Origin: a virus | DNA: 60,630 bases | Reading direction: 5' to 3' (one strand) | Virus record (IMG/VR): IMGVR_UViG_3300046727_000269 | In this document: positions 8,281-14,849 of the stretch, piece by piece | Layout of the letters: every line of letters begins with the position of its first letter | How positions within the stretch are numbered: position 1 is the stretch's first letter | The notes under the pieces: model-generated | The model's database searches: none | Told to the model about the DNA's origin: nothing | Seen by the model: only the letters and a program-made list of their open reading frames with translations | Made by a program: the position numbers and the translations under genes

Positions 8281-8613
8281 TTAGTGCCCCCCCGGTGTCT
8301 TGCCCGTCGGAGGAATCAACGTGGCCCCGTACAGAGGATTCTCGGCCCGCCTGATGTACTCCGTAAGATTGTGGATCGCGGCCAATCCCTCGGCTTCCGC
8401 CATTCGGAGTTGGGCGAGTTGGACCTTGCAAAGGGCGACGGTGAGAGGGTCCTCAACAACATCCCTTAAGTCCGCGTTGACCTTAGACTCTCTCCCCGCC
8501 TCCACCAGCACCTTAATACATTCCGTCGTCGTGGCTACCCTCGCCTCGATCCCAGGCAATTGTGCCTTGGCCTGTTCCAACGCCTGCCTCTGCCTCGGAT
8601 CAGCGGGACCCAT
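8281..8613 (-). CDS. Hypothetical coiled-coil protein (110 aa)
   Basis: ORF track. Confidence 0.55.
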   Translation of the reverse strand: MGPADPRQRQALEQAKAQLPGIEARVATTTECIKVLVEAGRESKVNADLRDVVEDPLTVALCKVQLAQLRMAEAEGLAAIHNLTEYIRRAENPLYGATLIPPTGKTPGGH

Positions 8614-8878
8614 ACATCACCTCCAGTGCCGTCTGCTCTTTCCTCACGAACCTGTCCACGGTCTTGTGGGTGTCCACGATGGTATGGCACTTCTCCTTAT
8701 CCAACGTATCCCCGTCCGGCGTCACTACGACTCCCGGATTCTTTTGCTTTTTGAGGGTGATGGATAACGCGGCACAACGTACGTTGGAGAATCGGGCGAC
8801 TGGGTTGCCTTTGCCCGACACGACAATGTACGGGTGCTTGGCGGGATCAAGAAAGAGAAACTGACTCAGAACAGACAT
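8600..8878 (-). CDS. Hypothetical protein (92 aa), first gene of the leftward operon from the divergent region
   Basis: ORF track; start faces the 150-nt divergent region shared with the plus-strand HTH gene. Confidence 0.55.
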   Translation of the reverse strand: MSVLSQFLFLDPAKHPYIVVSGKGNPVARFSNVRCAALSITLKKQKNPGVVVTPDGDTLDKEKCHTIVDTHKTVDRFVRKEQTALEVMYGSR

Positions 8879-9028
8879 AGCAATACGGGTCTACTCCTGC
8901 TCGATTTTCAGACGATCAATTTTGGTGCAACCCAACTTAGGGACAGTAGCGAGTATAGGTGTATAAGCCACACCAAGTCAAGCCCCTTTTTAGATTTATT
9001 TTCACCACACCTGTGATACACTTTTGCC

Positions 9029-9247
9029 ATGAGCCTTTCACGGGTCGAAGACAACCTGGAAAAGACTACCAGCTACGCCATCTCCAAGAGTGTGGGGGTA
9101 GACGCAAGTCATGTACGACACATTCTCCGGGGTACACGGGTCCCTAGTTTAGAGGTCGCGGCACGGATCGCACGGAAACTCAACGTGAGTCTTGATATGT
9201 TCTACCGCTACTACTCACGGCAGAGCAAACAAACTCCAGTGAATTAG
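9029..9247 (+). CDS. XRE/Cro-CI-type helix-turn-helix regulator (72 aa)
   Basis: TTSYAISKSVGVDASHVRHILRGTRVPSLEVAARIARKL fits the HTH_3 pattern; divergent from the minus-strand operon. Confidence 0.75.
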   Translation: MSLSRVEDNLEKTTSYAISKSVGVDASHVRHILRGTRVPSLEVAARIARKLNVSLDMFYRYYSRQSKQTPVN

Positions 9248-9249
9248 TC

Positions 9250-9879
9250 TTGACACTCCCGCAGGAACACCCCAAGGAACACCGTACCTGGATTGGTATG
9301 CGTAAGCGGTGCTTTGACACAACCGATCCCGCGTACAAGCATTACGGCGGACGAGGTATCGTCGTGTGTGATGAGTGGAGACTTTCCTTTGCGGCGTTTT
9401 TTGCTCACATAGGACCGGCCCCGTCACCTAAGCATCAAGTAGATAGGTACCCAAATAATGACGGCGACTATGAACCTGGAAATGTGCGTTGGGCGACGAC
9501 TAAAGAGCAGTCAAGAAACAAACGCAACAACTCCTGGTACCTCGTGGACGGACTACACAAAATGGTGGGGACTGACGCAATAAAATTCTTAGGCAAGAAA
9601 CCAAACGCCTGCATAATACACCATCCGAGAGTGAAGATGCTGGAGAACACCTACAGAAGATACGACATGTTAGAACACCTGCAATTCACCATCGAATGCT
9701 ACAAGTCCGACATAGAAGAACACATGGATGGAGTAAAAGAGTTGACAGATCAAATCCGAGTCACTGAGTCCCTGATTGAGGAAGAGAAGGAAAGACGCCA
9801 GAGAATAGTGGATAAGGTTGCAGCTTCCAATCGGCGTTACGAAGAAGCAAAAATCAAAATGCGTGCGGCCTCGGCCTAG
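9250..9879 (+). CDS. HNH-like (degenerate) homing-endonuclease-type protein, paralog 1
   Basis: HRTWIGMRKRC...YGGRGIVVCDEW..F..F...VDRYPNNDGDYEPGNVRWATTKEQSRNKR; paralog of 30293..30952; TTG start 2 nt after the HTH stop; visibly A/T-richer. Confidence 0.65.
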   Translation: MTLPQEHPKEHRTWIGMRKRCFDTTDPAYKHYGGRGIVVCDEWRLSFAAFFAHIGPAPSPKHQVDRYPNNDGDYEPGNVRWATTKEQSRNKRNNSWYLVDGLHKMVGTDAIKFLGKKPNACIIHHPRVKMLENTYRRYDMLEHLQFTIECYKSDIEEHMDGVKELTDQIRVTESLIEEEKERRQRIVDKVAASNRRYEEAKIKMRAASA

Positions 9880-10172
9880 CCTAGTGCCCGTGAGCCTGGA
9901 CGCGTTCTATCGGTATTACTCGAAACAGGCCCAGGGGTCCGTGTCGGTGAATTAGCGAAGGACCGAAAGTTAATCAGACGTGACTCAACCATCAGTAGGT
10001 TAAACTCCAGCATCCGCCGATTGTGTTTTCTTTCCCTCTCCGCATGAGCCTCTATTTGTCTGACTCGTTCTGTGCAGACACCTAAGCGTAGGCCAATGTC
10101 TTTCAACGTGTAACCACGATCACGAAGGAGTAGGATAAACTCTCTCCGTTGGACGACCTGAGATCGGGTCAC
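9876..10172 (-). CDS. Stand-alone sigma-70 region-4-like HTH protein (98 aa)
   Basis: REFILLLRDRGYTLKDIGLRLGVCTERVRQIEAHA contains the ERVRQIE region 4.2 signature; GTG 10172 overlaps the upstream stop (GTGA); C-terminal 26 codons are antisense to the HTH relic. Confidence 0.6.
   Translation of the reverse strand: MTRSQVVQRREFILLLRDRGYTLKDIGLRLGVCTERVRQIEAHAERERKHNRRMLEFNLLMVESRLINFRSFANSPTRTPGPVSSNTDRTRPGSRALG
9887..9955 (+). pseudogene. Relic duplicate of the 3' end of the XRE-type HTH gene
   Basis: Encodes PVSLDAFYRYYSKQAQGSVSVN* versus the intact NVSLDMFYRYYSRQSKQTPVN* at 9182-9247; differences are mostly synonymous; both end GTGAATTAG. Confidence 0.7.
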
Positions 10173-10492
10173 GTGAGCCCCGCCCAAATCCTCGTGTTGA
10201 GGGTGATGATGACCTCCCTCTCCACGTCGTCCATCATCAACGCCACGAGGACGCGGTCCCCACCCTCGACCTGTTCCGGCTGATAGTCCGGGTGGGATTC
10301 CTTCCGAGGACTGATCTTGAGCACGGTGCCGGGCCACAGGATGTCGCCCGTACTCTTTTTCTGTGCTGTGCCGGGGAGGTGGAGGAGCCCGAGGTCAGAC
10401 ATCGTGGGGGGCTTGTCGAGGTGGATTATCGCCCTACCTGGGAGGGGGGAGATTCGCGCCACGTCAGACAGTGTAAGTGTGCCCGTGTTCAC
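10169..10492 (-). CDS. GroES/Cpn10-like co-chaperonin
   Basis: ISPLPGRAIIHLDKPP..GLLHLPGTAQKKSTGDIL...GGDRVLV parallels GroES IRPLHDRVIV...GIVLTGSAAEKSTRGEVL...VGDIVIF; GTG 10492 overlaps the upstream stop. Confidence 0.55.
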   Translation of the reverse strand: MNTGTLTLSDVARISPLPGRAIIHLDKPPTMSDLGLLHLPGTAQKKSTGDILWPGTVLKISPRKESHPDYQPEQVEGGDRVLVALMMDDVEREVIITLNTRIWAGLT

Positions 10493-10740
10493 GGTTGCAC
10501 CCCTCTCCACCTCTCCTCGAACTCATCCACCGCCTTGTCCGCCGCCAGTCTCGCGTCGTACACGCACTGATGGATACCTTCCTGGGTCGATGGCTCCCGG
10601 CCTTCGAGGAACGTGCTCAGGGCCGTCGTATAGATGTCCAGCCACAATTCGGATATCTCCTTGGCCCGTGCCCGTGTGTCAATCTGGGAACGGTCGCGGG
10701 GCTCGGGTTTTGGTTTGGGTTTTGGTTTGGTCCACGACAT
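10489..10740 (-). CDS. Hypothetical protein (83 aa) with KPKPKPKPEP N-terminus
   Basis: ORF track. Confidence 0.55.
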   Translation of the reverse strand: MSWTKPKPKPKPEPRDRSQIDTRARAKEISELWLDIYTTALSTFLEGREPSTQEGIHQCVYDARLAADKAVDEFEERWRGVQP

Positions 10741-10856
10741 GGGATTATTCTAGCTCCATTTTATAAAAATATACCTTACCTCACCTGATCGTACCTAGCC
10801 TAACCCAGCCTGACTACACCGGACCCAGCCCCAACACACTCGTCCACACCGCACCA
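10741..10856. repeat. Strand-asymmetric C+A-rich (GGT-rich on the coding strand) non-coding block, 3' flank of ORF 10857..11492
   Basis: Almost G-free on the plus strand; shares ACCTCACCT and ACCTAGCCT(A/T)ACCC words with block 11541-11660. Confidence 0.6.
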
Positions 10857-11492
10857 CTAATCTTGTGTAGTCTCAAACTTTGTCAACTGGTACCGCCCGA
10901 ACGTGGGCCGGAAATCTCCCACACCACAGATCCGGCCCGCGAGACTGAACACCTCGTGGAGAAGTTCTGGACTGACGTACTCGGGCAACACGACTTCAAA
11001 AGTCGCATCGACCTCCCACCCAGCCAACAGTGCGGGCCGGTGCCGTGTGATCCCGTTGCGTTGAATCATCACGCGGCGACGGTCGATGTAGTCCCAATCC
11101 TTCTTCCCGGTTGAGCAATACTCCTCCGTTGGGAAGATCGCCGCCTTGAACAGGTCCATCGCGGATTTCCGAGGTGACCTTGGGTCCTGTTTGAATTTGG
11201 CTGCAAGGACGATGGACATACGGAACTGTTCCGCTGGTACACACAGGATTCCCTTTTCGTTCCGGTACACGTAGGACTCCAAGTCGTCCTCTTTTTTCGC
11301 TTTGCTCCCTTTGGCCGCTTTCGACTTCGCCTCCACCCCGTCCACCGACCAACGGTGGAAGAGATAGGGAGCCGCCCCGTGGACTCGGACTGACACTGAG
11401 TAGGGCTTGTTGATGTCAATGATCCGTTCCGCGTCGTTCGACACGTCACCGATCATGGTAACTTTCTTCGCTGTTGCTACTGCACTTTTCAT
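10857..11492 (-). CDS. Hypothetical protein (211 aa) bracketed by GGT-rich non-coding blocks
   Basis: Start taken at ATG 11492 after AGGAGAACGGGTAAAA; C-terminal GVGDFRPTFGRY glycine-rich loop; no family recognised. Confidence 0.6.
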   Translation of the reverse strand: MKSAVATAKKVTMIGDVSNDAERIIDINKPYSVSVRVHGAAPYLFHRWSVDGVEAKSKAAKGSKAKKEDDLESYVYRNEKGILCVPAEQFRMSIVLAAKFKQDPRSPRKSAMDLFKAAIFPTEEYCSTGKKDWDYIDRRRVMIQRNGITRHRPALLAGWEVDATFEVVLPEYVSPELLHEVFSLAGRICGVGDFRPTFGRYQLTKFETTQD

Positions 11493-11540
11493 TTTTACCC
11501 GTTCTCCTGAATTGAATTTGACCTTACCGCACACAGCCAA

Positions 11541-11660
11541 GCCTGGGCGAACCCAAACTTACCTGACCTCACCTACCGAACCCCAGCTAACCAGCACCAC
11601 GCCATACCATGCCTTGCCATACCGCAACTCGGCTGACCTAGCCTTACCCCACCGAACCAC
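11541..11660. repeat. Strand-asymmetric C+A-rich non-coding block (5' leader of ORF 10857..11492)
   Basis: On the minus strand: GGTTCGGTGGGGTAAGGCTAGGTCAG ... GGTATGGC x2 ... GGGTTCGGTAGGTGAGGTCAGGTAAG; shares 9-15-nt words with 10741-10856. Confidence 0.6.
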
Positions 11661-11664
11661 GTCA

Positions 11665-11700
11665 GACTGTACAATAATCCAAAGGTTATTGAACAGTCAA
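11665..11700 (-). promoter_or_regulatory. Sigma-70-like promoter overlapped by a 13-bp inverted repeat (candidate operator)
   Basis: Minus strand TTGACT-18 nt-TATTGT; arms GACTGTTCAATAA / TTATTGTACAGTC (12 of 13 complementary) with an 8-nt spacer; directly after the recombinase stop. Confidence 0.45.
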
Positions 11701-11710
11701 GAGGGAATTG

Positions 11711-12364
11711 CTAAGAGGCGCGTTTGCGGGTGGAATGGGGGCGGGAATGGGGGGAGGGTTTTTGAACGGAGGAGGGAGAGGGGGAGAGTTCCCGGTAGAC
11801 GTTCAGGGCAGTGGACGCCGTGACGTTTAGACGGGTGCCTATGGCCCGCCAACTTAAACCCTCAGAATCCCTCAGGCGTAACACTTCGTCCCGTTTGAAC
11901 ACGATCCTAGGCCGTCCCAGGGTCTTCCCTTTGGCTTTGGCGGCACGGACGCCTGCAATGGTTCGTTCCCGAATGATTTCGCGTTCAAACTCCGCGACGG
12001 CGGCGAGGACTTGGAGGATGAGGGTGGAAACAGGGTTGGAGGCATCCGTGTCAATGCCTTGACTCACAGCAAGGAACCGGACACCATACCGCTTGAGGGA
12101 GTCCATTTGTTGGTGGAGGTGGAGGACGGAACGGGAGAAGCGATCCAGTTTCCACACAACCACTGTGTCGAAATCCCGTTGCTGGGCGGAAGTCATGAGG
12201 CGGTCGAGGGCGGGGCGGGAGGCTTTGGCACCGGACACACCGGAGTCCACATACTCGTGCGTGAGGGTCCAACCTCGACGGGAACAGTAGTCCCGCAGTT
12301 CTTTCAACTGGATTTCACAGTTCTGATCGTTGGTGGAAACGCGGGCGTACAAAACTACCTTCAC
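11711..12364 (-). CDS. Small serine recombinase (resolvase/invertase family) with C-terminal HTH
   Basis: VVLYARVSTNDQ catalytic-Ser motif, VVVWKLDRFSRS, ERTIAGVRAAKAKGKTLGRP, HTH LSWRAIGTRLNVTASTA; start taken at GTG 12364. Confidence 0.85.
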   Translation of the reverse strand: MKVVLYARVSTNDQNCEIQLKELRDYCSRRGWTLTHEYVDSGVSGAKASRPALDRLMTSAQQRDFDTVVVWKLDRFSRSVLHLHQQMDSLKRYGVRFLAVSQGIDTDASNPVSTLILQVLAAVAEFEREIIRERTIAGVRAAKAKGKTLGRPRIVFKRDEVLRLRDSEGLSWRAIGTRLNVTASTALNVYRELSPSPSSVQKPSPHSRPHSTRKRAS

Positions 12365-12380
12365 GTGGACTAGGATAGTG

Positions 12381-12414
12381 CCAATTTCCCCCTTTGGCAA
12401 TTAGGGGAAGTTGG
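12381..12414. repeat. Imperfect inverted repeat just upstream of the recombinase start (candidate recombination site or operator)
   Basis: CCAATTTCCCC-12 nt-GGGGAAGTTGG, 10 of 11 complementary. Confidence 0.4.
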
Positions 12415-12416
12415 GA

Positions 12417-12773
12417 TTAAGGGTCTATGTGGCGTTCCACGTAGGTCTTGTCTGGGGTGAAAGAGTACTGCCACCAGTTGTCACCAAGACAGAAGAAGAC
12501 GGACATGGGCTGGTGGACGTAGAAGGGCCAACGGTGGTTGCGTTCACGGATGCCTTCTAGGAAATCATCATCAGTCGGCGGCTCGTACCGGATCATACGA
12601 AGGTTGAGGGATTCGTCAATCTTGTTGAAGTCCCAAGTTTTGGGGTGTGGCCCCAGTTCTAAGAAGTGTAGTGGGCACTGGAGGTACAGGAGGCCGTTCT
12701 TCGTCACTGATAGTCCATAGCTGTCGAGGCAGGCGCGGATGTCGGCCAACTTGCTCTCGGCAGAAAACTCCAT
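12417..12773 (-). CDS. Hypothetical protein (118 aa)
   Basis: Start taken at ATG 12773 (MEFSAESKL) after a GGAGGTGGAG RBS region; no family recognised. Confidence 0.55.
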   Translation of the reverse strand: MEFSAESKLADIRACLDSYGLSVTKNGLLYLQCPLHFLELGPHPKTWDFNKIDESLNLRMIRYEPPTDDDFLEGIRERNHRWPFYVHQPMSVFFCLGDNWWQYSFTPDKTYVERHIDP

Positions 12774-12937
12774 CTTTACTTTCAACACTCCACCTCCAGA
12801 ACACCCACCCCGCTCGACCACCCCGCTAACGGGTAAACGTCGCTGATGAGTGTTCCGCAGGTCCCCGGCCCCGCGTAGGGGTGGTCGTGACACCGTTTCC
12901 GCGAAGGGCCTGCTACCCAGGCCGGGGAAAGTCAAAC

Positions 12938-13216
12938 TCAGTTCATAATGTGAGGCGACGGATTCATGCGATGGTACGTGTGCCCCGTCCTCAACGTGAT
13001 CTCAGTAATCACAATCAACGTCCCTCCCGCCCACTTGTAGAAGATCCGGTAGTCTGGCACTTTGGCACGATACACTGACCTTGATCCTCTCAGCCTGTCA
13101 CCGGCAAATAGTGGCTCCCGTTTGATGTCCTCGATCACAGACAGGACCTTATCCTGGACGTGAGCGGGGAGCCTTTTCAATTGCCCCTTCACCTTGGCCG
13201 TGTATTTGAGTCTCAC
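12938..13216 (-). CDS. RelE/ParE-family toxin
   Basis: 92 aa; LKRLPAHVQDKVLSVIEDIKREP...LRGSRSVYRAKVPDYRIFYKWAGGTLIVITEITLRTGHTY fits the RelE/ParE pattern; GTG start overlaps the antitoxin stop (GTGA). Confidence 0.7.
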   Translation of the reverse strand: MRLKYTAKVKGQLKRLPAHVQDKVLSVIEDIKREPLFAGDRLRGSRSVYRAKVPDYRIFYKWAGGTLIVITEITLRTGHTYHRMNPSPHIMN

Positions 13217-13383
13217 GACCGGCCTAACTCTCGTAGCACACGGGACTCCGCGATTAGCTTTCCATCGCGAGAGGATTGGAGAATCTTTCGGATTCTGGAG
13301 AGATCACGGGCATCCTCACGGTCCTGTGCCATCTGTGATCCTTTCCATCGTCGTGGTGAGTTCCGTTTTCTACGTAGTGCCAT
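13213..13383 (-). CDS. Putative antitoxin (56 aa from ATG 13383, or 39 aa from ATG 13332)
   Basis: Hand translation MALRRKRNSPRRWKGSQMAQDREDARDLSRIRKILQSSRDGKLIAESRVLRELGRS; translationally coupled to the toxin; below the track cutoff. Confidence 0.45.
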   Translation of the reverse strand: MALRRKRNSPRRWKGSQMAQDREDARDLSRIRKILQSSRDGKLIAESRVLRELGRS

Positions 13384-13448
13384 GCCTCAATCCTCTCAAG
13401 CCTTTTTGTGTGGGTCAATGCCCCCGTTTGTGGGGAGAACGTGAGGGG

Positions 13449-13486
13449 AATAAAAAACGGGCCGGATCACGGAGGACCCGGCCCGA
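13449..13486 (-). terminator. Rho-independent terminator for the minus strand
   Basis: Minus strand CGGGCCGG-12 nt loop-CCGGCCCG followed by TTTTTTATT; 40 nt downstream of CDS 13526..13843. Confidence 0.7.
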
Positions 13487-13525
13487 TTCAGGTTTACTAC
13501 TCGGAGGATACAACTCGGAATCTTG

Positions 13526-13843
13526 CTACGGAGCCGGGGCAGGCGTCGGCGTGGGTGCTGGTGCAGCCGGGTCAATCGCGTTGATCGCGGCGGTATTCGT
13601 CGCAATCCCGCTCAGTATCGCCGTCTGATCCGCCACGGGAACGATAGTCGCTGGGTCGGGTGGTGCCGGTACTCGCGTCTTCAACGCATCAATCGCCGTC
13701 GTCTGGGTGGCGAGTGCCGTCGTTACGTCATCTTTGAACATCCTTATCTCCTTTCCTAGGTGATTGAAGAGGGCGAGGACCACCAGGAGCAAAAAGAAAT
13801 TCAGTCCAAACGCCAGTGATATCGTCAATGCTGTCGATGGCAT
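13526..13843 (-). CDS. N-terminally anchored membrane protein with coiled coil and Pro-rich tail (holin or i-spanin-like lysis accessory)
   Basis: Start taken at ATG 13843 (MPSTALTISLAFGLNFFLLLVVLALF); directly downstream of the endolysin. Confidence 0.5.
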   Translation of the reverse strand: MPSTALTISLAFGLNFFLLLVVLALFNHLGKEIRMFKDDVTTALATQTTAIDALKTRVPAPPDPATIVPVADQTAILSGIATNTAAINAIDPAAPAPTPTPAPAP

Positions 13844-13866
13844 CTCACCCCTCTCCTGGGTAAAGT

Positions 13867-14382
13867 TTAGCTCACAATTGGTAGGGGTGGAAGTGAAATC
13901 TGAGCCTGAGCGAGGGTCACCACTTTGTCCGGGTCCAGCCCACCCGTACAACAGAGCACGTGGCCGTCTGTCGGGCTCGCTTCATTGTGGGACTTAACGT
14001 GGGTACGATCACACGGGATCTTGAGCACCCCACAGAGCCACGCAACCAACTTACTCGACGCCACGTACTGTTCCTCCGTTGCCGCCAATCCCTCCGCCGT
14101 CGCCGCGTGCTCGATCCCTACAGACCTACTGTTGACCTGGGACGCGTGCCACGTGGTATCGTTCAAGTCCACCAACTGGTACACCGTGCCATCTCTGTCG
14201 ATTACAAAGTGGGCCGAGACACGGTGAGGGTGGACACTGGCCCTGAACGTGGCGATGGCGGACGCTGCACTGGACCCCTCCGTGATGTGGAGGATGATGA
14301 GGTTTCGATTGGAGAGAAGGCCGGGGGCCGAGTGATCCACCAGTGGCTCCCATTTCGCGTCGGGGTAGAGTACAAGGCTCAT
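13867..14382 (-). CDS. N-acetylmuramoyl-L-alanine amidase (amidase_2/PGRP-type endolysin)
   Basis: 171 aa; IILHITEGS, SAHFVIDRDGTVYQLV, TWHASQVNSRSVGIEHA, HVKSHNE match the amidase_2 zinc-ligand pattern. Confidence 0.85.
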   Translation of the reverse strand: MSLVLYPDAKWEPLVDHSAPGLLSNRNLIILHITEGSSAASAIATFRASVHPHRVSAHFVIDRDGTVYQLVDLNDTTWHASQVNSRSVGIEHAATAEGLAATEEQYVASSKLVAWLCGVLKIPCDRTHVKSHNEASPTDGHVLCCTGGLDPDKVVTLAQAQISLPPLPIVS

Positions 14383-14603
14383 ATGGTCCCGTTTGACGCT
14401 GGGACATCACAGGAGAATGTTTTGCCATACTTCTCGGTCGAGTATATTCCCGTCTGCCCCGCCACGGAGTAAGTGGTGCCACCGCACACGGTGTCCGCTA
14501 CATAGGTCCCCGTGGCAGGCCCGCCCACGTTGATGTGAATGGCGGTAGTGCCTTGGGCGAGTGACAGGGCCGAGAATACGATCAGGGCTATACAGTGTTT
14601 CAC
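14379..14603 (-). CDS. Small secreted protein (74 aa)
   Basis: Signal peptide MKHCIALIVFSALSLAQG; INVGGPATGTYVAD resembles a malectin-type motif. Confidence 0.55.
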   Translation of the reverse strand: MKHCIALIVFSALSLAQGTTAIHINVGGPATGTYVADTVCGGTTYSVAGQTGIYSTEKYGKTFSCDVPASNGTI

Positions 14604-14848
14604 GGTGCTGGATTTAGTGGTGGTACCGACACCGGCCCAAGGGCAACAACCGGATGCGCCGCTTCGTCCGCCGCCACGGTGGTACGGGTGTCGGCATTGG
14701 TGGCGTACACGACCTGAGCCACAGTCGCCAACGTGTCCGGTGTGAGGGCGGGGTGTTTCTTAAACAACGCCATGATGTCCTCTACTAGCACTGGGGCCTC
14801 CTGGATCAGGAGGGAGATTACTGCGGGATTTGCAAGGATAGCGGCCAT
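14600..14848 (-). CDS. Hypothetical protein (82 aa)
   Basis: ORF track; 4-nt overlap with the downstream gene. Confidence 0.5.
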   Translation of the reverse strand: MAAILANPAVISLLIQEAPVLVEDIMALFKKHPALTPDTLATVAQVVYATNADTRTTVAADEAAHPVVALGPVSVPPLNPAP

Positions 14849-14849
14849 T

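Noticed and set aside
8995-9020. TTTTCACCACACCTGTGATA as a further copy of the 13-nt motif
   Set aside because: Only the half-sites are similar, and the spacing is 7 nt instead of 1. It is treated as a possibly related operator, not as a motif copy.
10681-10740. A ggttt/tggtt tandem DNA repeat
   Set aside because: It is the coding sequence of a KPKPKPKPEP low-complexity N-terminus on the minus strand, not a non-coding array or CRISPR-like repeat.
10857-11492. The 211-aa ORF as a Cas6/RAMP-like RNA endonuclease, on the basis of the GVGDFRPTFGRY glycine-rich loop
   Set aside because: A single loose loop resemblance is insufficient. There is no adjacent repeat-spacer array and no other RAMP motifs were seen.
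11711-12414. The serine recombinase as an invertase switching the fibre genes
   Set aside because: No second inverted copy of the 12381-12414 palindrome, and no other long inverted repeats flanking the fibre region, were found by eye.
12774-12937. A possible tRNA, suggested by a GGTCGAGCGG D-loop-like string
   Set aside because: No T-loop (GTTCRANYC), acceptor stem or anticodon arm can be drawn around it. No tRNA-like cloverleaf was seen in any intergenic gap.
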